This document shows, piece after piece, positions 1 to 8,694 of a stretch of 38,126 bases of DNA. Positions within the stretch are counted from its first letter, which is position 1. Every line of letters begins with the position of its first letter. Under the pieces are notes generated by a model. The model made no database searches, was not told the origin of the DNA, and saw nothing but the letters and a program-made list of their open reading frames with translations. The stretch covers positions 1-38,126 of IMG/VR virus record IMGVR_UViG_3300014160_000008, one strand, 5' to 3'. The position numbers and the translations under genes were made by a program. The DNA comes from a virus. Taxonomy: Duplodnaviria > Caudoviricetes.

Positions 1-1764
1 AACCCGGACAAAGCGCCCGAGGCCCTGCGCCGCAAGGAAATCGTGCGCGGCTGGATCGCCCGGCGCGATTCGCTCGACCGCGACCGCACCGGCGCGCGCG
101 ACAACTTCGCCGCCGGGCACGGCATCAGCGGCGCGACGCTGCACCGCTGGTCGGCCGCCTACGAGGCCAACCATCGCCTCGCCGACCTGGCCGAGAACTA
201 CGGCACGAATAAGGGCACCACGCGCGTCGACGCCGAGCGGTGGGGCGAAATTCTCAGCCTCTATCTCGACCGCAAATGCCCCAACCGCACCGTGGCGCAG
301 GTCTACGATTATTACGCCATGCGCTGCCGCTCGCTCGGGCAATCGCCGGTGACTTACAGCACGATTTTGCGCCAGTTATCCACTCCGGAAATTGAGATTT
401 TGAAGTACGCGGCGCGCAAGGGCATTCAGGCGGCGATGGACCGCTTCGGCCCGTTCATCACGCGCACCCGCGCCGAGGCCTGGGCGAATCTGGCCTGGGT
501 CGGCGATCACTACAACATCGATATCCGCTGCGTTTCGCCCGACGGCCGTTTCCTCGCGACGATGTGGCTGACCGGCTGGCAAGATTACAAATCCACGATG
601 CTCGTCGGCCACGAAAAATGCGAGAGCCCGAGCGGCCAGAGCATTCAAACGGCGCTGCTGCGCGGCATCGAAAAGCACGGCCTGCCGGATATCGCCAACA
701 CCGACAACGGCAAGGATTATCTCTCCGAGGCCGTCGCGCTGCTTGTCGAGCAAACGCTGCACATCAAGATCGTCCGCTCGAAGGTCAAAAACGCCAAGGC
801 CAAGACGATCGAGCGCGCGTTCCGCAACTGGTCGGAGCGTTTCTGCCCGGCCATCGTCGGCTGCCGCGGCCGGAACAAAAACGAGCGGCCCGAGAAGCTC
901 GCCGAACTCGAAAAACTCACGAAAGACCGCATTAAAGCGGGCCTTCCGGTGGGTCTCGATCACGGCACGCTGCCGACCTGGTCGGAGCTTTCCGGCTTCG
1001 TCGATCACTTCGTTCATTGGTTCAACACGCGCACGGGCAGCGACGCCGAAGACCTCAACGGCGTGAGCCCGGCCGAGGTTTGGAAGACCGGCGACAACAC
1101 CATCCGCACGGTCGATCGCGAAGCCCTCTGGATGCTCTGGCTCACCGTCGAATCGGTCACCGTGCGCAACTGCCAGGTGACCTTGTTCAAAGACTGCATT
1201 TTCCGCGACGCGGTCGCCCTGATGCCCTGGCACGGCCGCCCCGTCCAGGTCCGTTACAACCCGGATTATCTCGACAAGGTTTTCGTTTGCGACCCGGCGA
1301 CGACGAAGTTGATCTGCGTCGCCCCTCGCGTGGCGAAAGTGCCCGGCTACGTGCCGGCGATGAGCAAGGCCGCCAACGAGGCGCTGGCTCACGAGAAAAA
1401 AGCCTTCAAACAGGCCGTGGGCATGGAGCAACTGCACGCGGCCCGCATCCGCAATCTGACCTTCGCGCAATCGGCCGGCATTCCGGAGCGCGCCGATCTG
1501 CCGCCGGAGCCGACGATCGCCGACCACGCCGGCGGCTCCGTCTCGCAAATTCTGCCGATTTCGACGGCCGCGCGCGATGCGAAAACGGCGGAAAAAAGAC
1601 TCGAAGAAAAGGCCGCTGAAACGGCCTTTAGAGACGCTTCAATCGACGATTATTACCGAGCCCCGGCCGCGGCGCCGCCCAAATCCGCCGCGATCGACGC
1701 CGACGAATTCTACCGCCCGCTGAAAACCACGAAAACCAAGGAGGTTGACCATGACCGAGACTAA
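1..1764 (+). CDS. A: MuA-like DDE transposase, 5'-truncated by the window
   Basis: Frame open from base 1 (NPDKAPEALRRKEIVRGW...). Catalytic triad motifs WVGDHY, TDNGKDY and AKAKTIER. Mu-transposase C-terminal pattern VQVRYNPDYLDKVFV. Confidence 0.92.
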   Translation, partial: NPDKAPEALRRKEIVRGWIARRDSLDRDRTGARDNFAAGHGISGATLHRWSAAYEANHRLADLAENYGTNKGTTRVDAERWGEILSLYLDRKCPNRTVAQVYDYYAMRCRSLGQSPVTYSTILRQLSTPEIEILKYAARKGIQAAMDRFGPFITRTRAEAWANLAWVGDHYNIDIRCVSPDGRFLATMWLTGWQDYKSTMLVGHEKCESPSGQSIQTALLRGIEKHGLPDIANTDNGKDYLSEAVALLVEQTLHIKIVRSKVKNAKAKTIERAFRNWSERFCPAIVGCRGRNKNERPEKLAELEKLTKDRIKAGLPVGLDHGTLPTWSELSGFVDHFVHWFNTRTGSDAEDLNGVSPAEVWKTGDNTIRTVDREALWMLWLTVESVTVRNCQVTLFKDCIFRDAVALMPWHGRPVQVRYNPDYLDKVFVCDPATTKLICVAPRVAKVPGYVPAMSKAANEALAHEKKAFKQAVGMEQLHAARIRNLTFAQSAGIPERADLPPEPTIADHAGGSVSQILPISTAARDAKTAEKRLEEKAAETAFRDASIDDYYRAPAAAPPKSAAIDADEFYRPLKTTKTKEVDHDRD

Positions 1765-2755
1765 TGCGGCCACGCCGTTGCGCCGCACGCGGACCTATAC
1801 GGCCGCCGAACTGGAAACGATCCGCGCCGTGCGCGAACGCGCCGCGGTCTGGATCAGAGCCGAGGCGGGGCGCTCGATGCGCTCGATCGCGGCCGGGACC
1901 AATTACAGCTATCCGAGCATCTCGCTTTTTCTCGCGGAAAATTACGACGGCAACAATGTGGCCGTCGCGCAATCGATCGCCGCGTTTCTCGATCGCGAGG
2001 AAAACGTCATCGAGGTCAAAATCGAGTTGGAGCCGGTCGAGTTTCCCTCATGGAAGACCGTCATCAAGGCCCTCGATATTGCGAAACGCGAGCGCAGCCT
2101 CGCCGACATTTACGGCGACCCGGGCGTCGGCAAGACGTTTCCCGTGGAATTCTTCGCGGGCGAGGACCCCGAATTCAACGTTTTGCTCCGCACGACGGCC
2201 GGCATGCACAGCCTGCAAGCGTTTCTCGCCATCCTCAACGCGCGGCTGGCCAAGACCCAAACCATCGTCTACAGCCGTCTGGAGAAAATGGCGGATGAAG
2301 TGATTAATTCGCTGATCCGCAAGCCGCGGTTCATCATCGTCAACGAGGGGCAGCGCCTCAGCTTCGACGTGTTCGATTTCGCCTGCGACGTGCAGGAAGC
2401 CGCCGGTTGCGGCATCGCTTTCGTCGGCCATCCGATCATGCACGACAAGATCGTCGCGGCCGAACGGCACGATTCGCAGACCTACGATCGCGTGGATCGG
2501 CGCATCTCGCACACCGAAGTCAAACGCGGCAAAATCGAGCCCGACCTGATGGGCGAACTCGTCCGGCAAATCCTGCCGGAGATCACCGACGACGCGCTTT
2601 CGTTCCTCTGTGATGAAATTCTTTTTCCGCAAATCGGCCACGTCGTTGCGACTTGCCAACGCGCCAAGACGCTGGCCGCGTTGAGCAAAAAAGGCCGGAA
2701 ACAAGATCGGGCGCTGATCGTCTCTGCCGCCGCCGACCGGAAGGGAGGCGCGTGA
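1751..2755 (+). CDS. B: MuB-like AAA+ ATPase (transposition target-capture protein)
   Basis: GGAGG RBS before ATG 1751, overlapping the transposase end. N-terminal HTH-like segment, Walker A GDPGVGKT, Walker-B-like FIIVNEGQRL. Confidence 0.9.
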   Translation: MTETNAATPLRRTRTYTAAELETIRAVRERAAVWIRAEAGRSMRSIAAGTNYSYPSISLFLAENYDGNNVAVAQSIAAFLDREENVIEVKIELEPVEFPSWKTVIKALDIAKRERSLADIYGDPGVGKTFPVEFFAGEDPEFNVLLRTTAGMHSLQAFLAILNARLAKTQTIVYSRLEKMADEVINSLIRKPRFIIVNEGQRLSFDVFDFACDVQEAAGCGIAFVGHPIMHDKIVAAERHDSQTYDRVDRRISHTEVKRGKIEPDLMGELVRQILPEITDDALSFLCDEILFPQIGHVVATCQRAKTLAALSKKGRKQDRALIVSAAADRKGGA

Positions 2756-3012
2756 TGGCCCCTGAGCGCGCCGAATTCCGGCGGTTTTTGTGGCGAAACG
2801 GCGGCGTTTTCTGCACCTATTATCGCCCCGGGCGAGAGCAGAAAACGGGAATCGAGCCGACGACGGCCCCCCGCAAGCCCAGCGTTTTGCTTGCCATTCT
2901 CGGCGCGCTGATCGCCTGCGGCGCCCTCGGCACGATGCAGAGCGGTTATTCCTATGGCGGCCTTTTCGTGTTCGTCATCGGCGCGTTTCTCGTATGGAGG
3001 AACCGGCCATGA
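2755..3012 (+). CDS. small membrane protein (two predicted TM helices)
   Basis: TGATG coupling to the B stop. Hydrophobic segments SVLLAILGALIACGALG and GGLFVFVIGAFLVW. Confidence 0.65.
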   Translation: MAPERAEFRRFLWRNGGVFCTYYRPGREQKTGIEPTTAPRKPSVLLAILGALIACGALGTMQSGYSYGGLFVFVIGAFLVWRNRP

Positions 3013-3698
3013 CCAGTGAACAGCGAACAGCGAACAGTGGTCAGTTCCCGGATATCGACGCCGTGCTCGCTCGCGCCGACGCGCTCGAACGCGCCAGCGC
3101 CGATCTGCTCGCGAAGGCCCAGGAAACCGCGCGGAAACTCGACGCGGCGAACAATCGCCAAAGCGCGGCAGCCAGCATCCAATGTCCGAAATGCGGCGAG
3201 ACGATCAAGCCGGTTTTTTATATCGGCGGGACCGCGACGCGCGAAAACCCCACCGTTATTGATCTTTCGCCGACCGCAACCTTCGGATGCGACGCCTACC
3301 AGGTCTGGGAAGAATGGAAATTCACGGTCGTCACGGCGCCGAAAATCGAGGGGTTGGAAATTCCGAAGGCCTGCCCGTCGTGCAAAAAGCCGATCGATTC
3401 AATCGGCATCGGCTTTTCGGTGCCCGACGACGACGGCCTCGGGCCGACCATGATGTGCCCCGAGTGCAACGACGAAATTTGTTATGCCGTCGGCTGGACC
3501 ATTTTTCATGCCGGCTCGTACACGATGCACTCGCCGCGCCGCTGCAAATCCTGCGGCTGCACCGATGACAACGCCTGCGTCGATGCCGACGGCGAGGCCT
3601 GCGCCTGGTGCGAAGACGAGCCCGACCTTTGCACCGCCTGCATGAGCAAACAAAACCAGGCCGCCGAAGCCGCCGAGGAAGCCCATGAAACGCTGTAG
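3009..3698 (+). CDS. multi-Zn-ribbon protein
   Basis: ATGA overlap. CPKC, CPSC and CPEC motifs, plus C-terminal CKSCGCTDDNAC...CAWC...DLCTAC. Confidence 0.7.
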   Translation: MTSEQRTANSGQFPDIDAVLARADALERASADLLAKAQETARKLDAANNRQSAAASIQCPKCGETIKPVFYIGGTATRENPTVIDLSPTATFGCDAYQVWEEWKFTVVTAPKIEGLEIPKACPSCKKPIDSIGIGFSVPDDDGLGPTMMCPECNDEICYAVGWTIFHAGSYTMHSPRRCKSCGCTDDNACVDADGEACAWCEDEPDLCTACMSKQNQAAEAAEEAHETL

Positions 3699-3870
3699 AC
3701 GCCTGCTGGCGATTATCCTGATCGCCTTCGCGCTGGCCGCCGGCTTCGTGGCTGCACTGATCTATTTGCTCGGCGAAATTATCACCATTCCGGCGCTGAT
3801 CGGCGGAATCATCGGCGTCGGAATTTTCGCGGCCGGCTGCGCCGGCGCGCGCAAACTTTGGAGGAACTGA
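3685..3870 (+). CDS. small membrane protein (two predicted TM helices)
   Basis: GAGGA RBS. 61 aa, mostly hydrophobic, coupled to gam by TGATG. Confidence 0.6.
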   Translation: MKRCRRLLAIILIAFALAAGFVAALIYLLGEIITIPALIGGIIGVGIFAAGCAGARKLWRN

Positions 3871-4403
3871 TGGAAGCTCAGGAAATCGGCCTGCCGGCCG
3901 ACGTGAAAAAATGGACCAATGACGATCTCAACGAGGCGCTGCGCCGCATTTGCGAACGCCAACTCGCGCTGCGCCAGGCGGAAATCGCCTACGACGTGGC
4001 GCTGAAAAAGGCCAAGGAAAAGCTGGAGGCCTCGAAGAAAATCGAGAACGACGGAATCAAAGGCCTCAAGGCAAAAATCAAAAAAGCGTCCGAGCGGTTG
4101 CGCACCGCCTGGGAAAACAAATCGGTCAAGTTTTCCTGGGGCCGGGTCGGGTTCCGCGACACGCCGCGCCATTTGACGCTGATCGACGGCCGCAACGAAA
4201 ACGACGCAATCGTCATGCTCGAAGGTCTCGGCGTCGCCGGCGCGGTAAAGATCGAAAAACGCGTCGTCTTGGAAGTGCTCGAACGCCAAGCCGACAATGT
4301 CATCACCGCGGCCGGCTATCGCCGGGTCGATTCGACCGAGCGCTTCGAAATGAAAACGAAAATCGAAATCGAAGACGAAGAACCGAAGGTCAAGGAGGCG
4401 TAA
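3870..4403 (+). CDS. gam: Mu Gam-like host-nuclease inhibitor (DNA end protection)
   Basis: N-terminal coiled coil followed by KSVKFSWGRVGFRDTP, resembling the Gam core. Typical early-region position. Confidence 0.8.
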   Translation: MEAQEIGLPADVKKWTNDDLNEALRRICERQLALRQAEIAYDVALKKAKEKLEASKKIENDGIKGLKAKIKKASERLRTAWENKSVKFSWGRVGFRDTPRHLTLIDGRNENDAIVMLEGLGVAGAVKIEKRVVLEVLERQADNVITAAGYRRVDSTERFEMKTKIEIEDEEPKVKEA

Positions 4404-4405
4404 CG

Positions 4406-4888
4406 ATGGAAAAGAATCTGGCGCAAAGCCCGTGCCTGATTTGCGGCGCGCCCAAGCCGCCGGGCGACGTTGTCGTCGAAGCTCGCGGCTGGACGAGCGG
4501 CTATGGCATGACGTCGGCCAGCCTTTGTTCGACGTGCTCGACGGCCGTTGCCGACCCCGCCAGACGACAGAATATTCTCGCGGACATCATTTGCCGCACG
4601 GACACGAACATCACGCGTCTGGCCGGCGTGCTTTGCGAGGCCGGCATTAACGATTATCTCCGCTCGAAGGTTGACGGCGTGGCCGATGCCGCGCGTCGAT
4701 TGGCCGGTCAGTTCGGCTCGAAGATCAGCCCCGATGAGGAAGACGAGGCCGAGGCCGAAGACCTGTCGGAGCCGCCCGCTGCCGCCCGCAAATGCCGGAG
4801 CTGCGGCGTTCATTTCGTCGAGGAACATTTGTGCCCGCGGTGCGTGCTGAACGCGCCGGCCGCGGCCGTGCCCGACGATCGCGATTGA
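4406..4888 (+). CDS. hypothetical Zn-finger protein
   Basis: AGGAGG RBS before ATG 4406. CLIC, CSTC, CRSC and CPRC pairs. Confidence 0.65.
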   Translation: MEKNLAQSPCLICGAPKPPGDVVVEARGWTSGYGMTSASLCSTCSTAVADPARRQNILADIICRTDTNITRLAGVLCEAGINDYLRSKVDGVADAARRLAGQFGSKISPDEEDEAEAEDLSEPPAAARKCRSCGVHFVEEHLCPRCVLNAPAAAVPDDRD

Positions 4889-4890
4889 GG

Positions 4891-5247
4891 ATGACGACGA
4901 TGATGATCTGCCAGTGCTGCCACGGCGAAAATCACACCGACGTTTTCACCTGCGCCGATTGCGGTCACCGGGTATGCTCGGGCTGCATCCGCGCCTGCGA
5001 CGCGTGCGGACGGTCGGCGTGCTCGGATTGCATCGTCGGCGGCGATCCGTCCCTCTGCCGAATTTGTCAAGACATTTGCGATGCATGTATGGAGCGCGCC
5101 GACTGCCCGGGCTGCCCCGAAACGCGCGCCGAAGTGCCGGCGAATTGCCCGTACAAATACGATCCGGAGGCCGCCGCGCCGGACCCCGACGATGAGGATG
5201 CGATCGATTGGTCCTATTTGTCGAAGGAAGGCCAGGAGTCTTTTTAA
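4891..5247 (+). CDS. extremely Cys-rich small protein (8 CxxC motifs) with acidic tail
   Basis: 18 Cys counted in the first ~86 residues. TAATG coupling to the next gene. Confidence 0.7.
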   Translation: MTTMMICQCCHGENHTDVFTCADCGHRVCSGCIRACDACGRSACSDCIVGGDPSLCRICQDICDACMERADCPGCPETRAEVPANCPYKYDPEAAAPDPDDEDAIDWSYLSKEGQESF

Positions 5248-5483
5248 TGAGCACCACGCGCACCTGGTCGAAGGGCATCCGCGGCAGCACCGGGACGACG
5301 GTCGTTTGCGACACGCCAGGCTGCCGAAAGTCCGTGTACGTGAAAAAGGGCGGCCGGATCGCGGCCGAGCGATACGCCATGTGTCGGAATTGGTCGATTC
5401 TGGTTGGCGACAAACATCAACATTTTTGCCCGGGCTGCACAGCGCAGCGCGACGCGGAAATGGCGGGGGCGATTCCATTTTGA
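5247..5483 (+). CDS. small Zn-finger protein
   Basis: TAATG overlap. CDTPGC...HFCPGC pattern and a C-terminal IPF. Confidence 0.65.
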   Translation: MSTTRTWSKGIRGSTGTTVVCDTPGCRKSVYVKKGGRIAAERYAMCRNWSILVGDKHQHFCPGCTAQRDAEMAGAIPF

Positions 5484-5583
5484 ACGGAGTGGCGCAGACA
5501 GGAAGCGCGCGGCGAACCTGGGGCCGGGATGAAACCGACCCCAGACTTGGCCGAGGTCGCGGGTTCGAATCCCGCCTCCGTTC
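5483..5583 (+). ncRNA. tRNA-like RNA with an extended hairpin in place of the anticodon loop
   Basis: Acceptor stem AACGGAG/CTCCGTT, D arm GCGC-AGACAGGAA-GCGC, variable loop AGGTC, T arm GCGGG-TTCGAAT-CCCGC. 36 nt lie between CGGC and GCCG of the anticodon stem. No encoded CCA. Confidence 0.75.
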
Positions 5584-5622
5584 CTCGTTATCCGATGGGC
5601 GCGTTTTAACCAGGGGAGCGAT

Positions 5623-6069
5623 GTGACCAAGGTCGATGCGAGCCAACTGGCGCTCTTTGCCGCGCCGCAACTGCCGCCGGGCTTGTCTGCCGACGAGCGG
5701 CGCGTTGCGGAGGCGCTCCGGAAGCATTGCGGCAAAGCCCAGGCGGCGGCGCGATCGTCGCTGGCGCAATCGTTGAAACTCGACGATCGCGAACTGCGGC
5801 GCATCATCGCTTCCCTGGTTTCGACGCGCGGCCTGCCGATCGCGGCGCGCGCCTCGAGCAACGATTTCCCCGGCGGCGGCTACTACTGGATGACGCGTCC
5901 CGACGAAATCGCCCGCGAAAAAAGCAAACTGACCCACTACCTGACTTCGATCGTCGCGCGCCTGCGCGGCCTCGTGGGCGGCGCCGAAGCCGCGGCAATC
6001 CTTGGCCAGCTTTGCTTGACGTTCGGGCCGCACAAGGCCCCGCAGGGCGCGGAGGGCGCGAAATCGTGA
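5623..6069 (+). CDS. winged-helix/HTH DNA-binding protein
   Basis: GGGGAG RBS. Segment ARSSLAQSLKLDDRELRRIIASLV...GLPI...GGYYW. Confidence 0.7.
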   Translation: MTKVDASQLALFAAPQLPPGLSADERRVAEALRKHCGKAQAAARSSLAQSLKLDDRELRRIIASLVSTRGLPIAARASSNDFPGGGYYWMTRPDEIAREKSKLTHYLTSIVARLRGLVGGAEAAAILGQLCLTFGPHKAPQGAEGAKS

Positions 6070-6287
6070 AACTGCGCAAGTCCGACCTTTACAGTGGCTG
6101 GTGCCCGTTTTGCGGCGCCGGATTCTTCGGCCACGTCTCGAACAAAAAATACCGCCAACGCAAATGCGAGACCTGCGGATCGATGCTCTATCCGGCGGAC
6201 AAACGCGCAATGCATGGCACGGTTCCGCACGCGCTGACGGTCGAGATCAGGCCGCCGAAGGGCGAGATCAGGATGAAAACGAAATGA
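6066..6287 (+). CDS. small Zn-ribbon protein
   Basis: GTGA overlap upstream and ATGA overlap downstream. CPFC...CETC motifs. Confidence 0.6.
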   Translation: MKLRKSDLYSGWCPFCGAGFFGHVSNKKYRQRKCETCGSMLYPADKRAMHGTVPHALTVEIRPPKGEIRMKTK

Positions 6288-6988
6288 TCGACCGCGACGC
6301 GATCCTCGAAAAAATCCGCAAGCTGATCGCGTTGGCCGGCAACAATCCCGACCCGGCCGAGGCCGCGCTCGCGGCCGGCAACGCGCGATCGCTGATGCTC
6401 GAACATGACCTGGCCGAGGCCGACCTCGGGAAGATCGCCGGCGACGTGCGCAGCGAGTATGTGGGCGAGAAAAAAGAATGGCCGGTTTGGCAGTCGATGC
6501 TTTTTACGGCCGTTGGCGAACATCTGAATTGCCGCCCATTAGTCGAACGCGCCGGTTGGGCGGATCGGTTGATTCTGGTCGGCCGGTCGAGCGACATCCA
6601 GGTTGCTCAATATCTTTTTACGTTTTTGCTGCGCCAGGTGGCCGGTCTCGGGAACAAATATAAACACCTGCACCCGCGCATGAAATGGGCCTCGATCCGG
6701 GAATATTACGTCGGCGTCGTGTCCGCGATCGCGGCGAAATTTGCTGACGAAAAGCGCGGCGACGAACGGCTGCATTCGGAGCCGGGAACGGCGCTCGTCT
6801 TGGCTAAAGACGCGGCGATCGACGAATTTTTGAAGCGCGAAGGTTGGACGATCACGAGGCGCGGACAATACAAATCGTGCAGCCGCAACAAAATGGCGCT
6901 GCTTGAAGGCATGCTCGCCGGCTCCCAGATCGACATCCGCGCCGGCGTCGCCGGCGACGGCCGCAACGCAGGGGTGCTCAATGGCTAA
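6284..6988 (+). CDS. DUF2786-domain protein
   Basis: N-terminal ILEKIRKLIALAGNNPDPAEAALAAGNARSLMLEHDL matches the DUF2786 pattern common in Mu-like early regions. Confidence 0.8.
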   Translation: MIDRDAILEKIRKLIALAGNNPDPAEAALAAGNARSLMLEHDLAEADLGKIAGDVRSEYVGEKKEWPVWQSMLFTAVGEHLNCRPLVERAGWADRLILVGRSSDIQVAQYLFTFLLRQVAGLGNKYKHLHPRMKWASIREYYVGVVSAIAAKFADEKRGDERLHSEPGTALVLAKDAAIDEFLKREGWTITRRGQYKSCSRNKMALLEGMLAGSQIDIRAGVAGDGRNAGVLNG

Positions 6989-7307
6989 TCTCATCAGCCC
7001 GGAATTTTCACCACGCGACGAGCGCAACAACGTCGCGCTCGAAGGCGAGGTCGCCGGCATGCAGCAGCGGGCCAACGGACGCGGCGTGCCGATCGCGCTG
7101 TTTACGCTTTATCACAAACACACGGGCGCCGATCGCCGCGACGCGTTTTCCGTCGTCGCGACCGGGCCGGCCGCCGCCAACTGGATTCGGGTCAATTTGC
7201 GCGAGGGCGACCGCGCGGTCGTGCGCGGCAAGCTCATTCACACGCAGCCGCAGATGGCCGCGGCCCGCGTCGAAATCGTCGCCGGGCAAATCGAGGTGAT
7301 AGAGTGA
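6981..7307 (+). CDS. SSB/PriB-like OB-fold single-stranded DNA-binding protein
   Basis: NNVALEGEV...PIALFTL...FSVVATG...LREGDRAVVRGKL...VEIVAGQIEVI follows the OB-fold pattern. No acidic tail. Confidence 0.75.
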   Translation: MANLISPEFSPRDERNNVALEGEVAGMQQRANGRGVPIALFTLYHKHTGADRRDAFSVVATGPAAANWIRVNLREGDRAVVRGKLIHTQPQMAAARVEIVAGQIEVIE

Positions 7308-7555
7308 TATCACAAACCGCCGCCGCCGATATCGGCCACATCGGCACGGAAAGCCTGAAAACAAAGGGTTTCAGCGCGCACGATGCCAACAATAATGGCC
7401 GGGTTATCAATTGGGAGGGCCGTTGCCCATTTTGCGATAAAGCCGTTTCCGGCGTTCGGATCAACGGCCAGCCGGTCTTTAGAAACTGCCCCAAATGCGG
7501 CGCGCTGCTGCACCTGGTCACAGGCGTCGCGTATCACAAGGAGGACGAAGCATGA
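7304..7555 (+). CDS. small Zn-ribbon protein
   Basis: GTGA and ATGA overlaps. CPFC...CPKC motifs. Confidence 0.55.
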   Translation: MISQTAAADIGHIGTESLKTKGFSAHDANNNGRVINWEGRCPFCDKAVSGVRINGQPVFRNCPKCGALLHLVTGVAYHKEDEA

Positions 7556-7881
7556 CGGTGACGAATCTGAATAACGCGAACCCCGAACTCGATCTGGCGA
7601 CCCTGATCCTCGAAAAGTGCAAACGCGGCGTGCACTGGAATCTGGCCGATTACGCCGAGCTGGTCCGCGACATCGGGCAGATGGCCGGGCAGGCGTCGGG
7701 CCTCGATCCGGATCCGATTTCGAAGGAAGGCCTGGCGATCGGCAGCGGCCTGATCGGCGCGGCGGCGGCGGCGATGGCCGCGCACGCCGGCGCGAAGGTC
7801 GCGCCGCGCGCGTTCGGCATTGCGATCGCGCCGAAACCGGCCGTGGCCGCGGCGCCCGCGGCGGCGCAACCGGCGAAGTAA
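7552..7881 (+). CDS. hypothetical protein
   Basis: AAGGAGG RBS and ATGA overlap. Ala/Pro-rich C-terminus. Confidence 0.65.
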   Translation: MTVTNLNNANPELDLATLILEKCKRGVHWNLADYAELVRDIGQMAGQASGLDPDPISKEGLAIGSGLIGAAAAAMAAHAGAKVAPRAFGIAIAPKPAVAAAPAAAQPAK

Positions 7882-7888
7882 ACCTTTT

Positions 7889-7927
7889 CCCTCGGCCCCT
7901 TTCCCGCCGCCGGGAAGGGGGCTGGGG
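7889..7927 (+). terminator. GC-rich stem-loop (terminator-like or REP-like)
   Basis: GGCCCCTTTCCCG-CCGC-CGGGAAGGGGGCT just after the stop at 7881. No U-tract on +; on the minus strand a short AAAAGG follows. Confidence 0.45.
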
Positions 7928-7944
7928 CGCGGAGCGAGAATCTG

Positions 7945-8694
7945 ATGCCGCAAGCGAAACGCCAACAAACGCTGGGGCTCGGCGATGAGACCTTCGGCAA
8001 ATACAACCGCGCCCGGCGGCACTATGAATCGCTGCTCGTGAAGCACACCGGCGAGCCCGCGGCCGTCGTTAATGCATTCGTCAAAGCCGAGTTAATCGCC
8101 GTTCAAACGGGAAATAAAGACGGATCGTCGAAAGACCTGGACGACGAAGGCTGGCGGGCGGTGCTGAACGAAATGGACCGGCGCGTGGGCATGGCCGAGC
8201 GCGGCGAGCCCGGCGCGCTCAGCCCGATTGCGAATGGCGAATCGCGAATGGCGAATGTCGGCCGGCCGGAATCTGCGAAATCTGTGAAATCTGCGGATGG
8301 CTCGGGATCGTTCGACCCCGGCCGCAACCCCAGCGCCCTCGCGACGGCCGCGCAGCGCGGCGCCATTCAGAAGCTCGCGGCCCGCGTCGGCATGACCACC
8401 GAAGATTTGCAGACGATGTGCGAGAAGCGTTGGCGCTGGCGCATCGCCGGCCGGCGCTGGCAGGCCTCGAATCTGATCGAGGCGTTGAAGTCGATCGTGT
8501 ATCAGGATCTGCAACTCGGCGAGCGCGTCGCGAAGCTCGACCGCGACGGCCTGTTCGGAGCCGATCGTGATTTGCTCGACGATTTTCTCGCGACCGCGAA
8601 ACCGAACGCGCTGAAAATCGGCGCGATTCTCTGGGCGGCCGACCTATGCGACCGGTTCGAGATTCCGCTCGCCCCGCGCGAGGACGCGCAATGA
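7945..8694 (+). CDS. gemA: GemA-like (Mu gp16/DUF1018) regulatory protein
   Basis: SSKDLDDEGWRAVLNEM and QASNLIEALKS resemble the N- and C-terminal GemA motifs. Position at the end of the early region. Confidence 0.75.
   Translation: MPQAKRQQTLGLGDETFGKYNRARRHYESLLVKHTGEPAAVVNAFVKAELIAVQTGNKDGSSKDLDDEGWRAVLNEMDRRVGMAERGEPGALSPIANGESRMANVGRPESAKSVKSADGSGSFDPGRNPSALATAAQRGAIQKLAARVGMTTEDLQTMCEKRWRWRIAGRRWQASNLIEALKSIVYQDLQLGERVAKLDRDGLFGADRDLLDDFLATAKPNALKIGAILWAADLCDRFEIPLAPREDAQ

Noticed and set aside
5483-5583. Canonical decoding tRNA or attachment-site tRNA
   Set aside because: No 7-nt anticodon loop at the normal position and no U33. Mu-like phages integrate by transposition and need no att site. 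Kept as a tRNA-like RNA.
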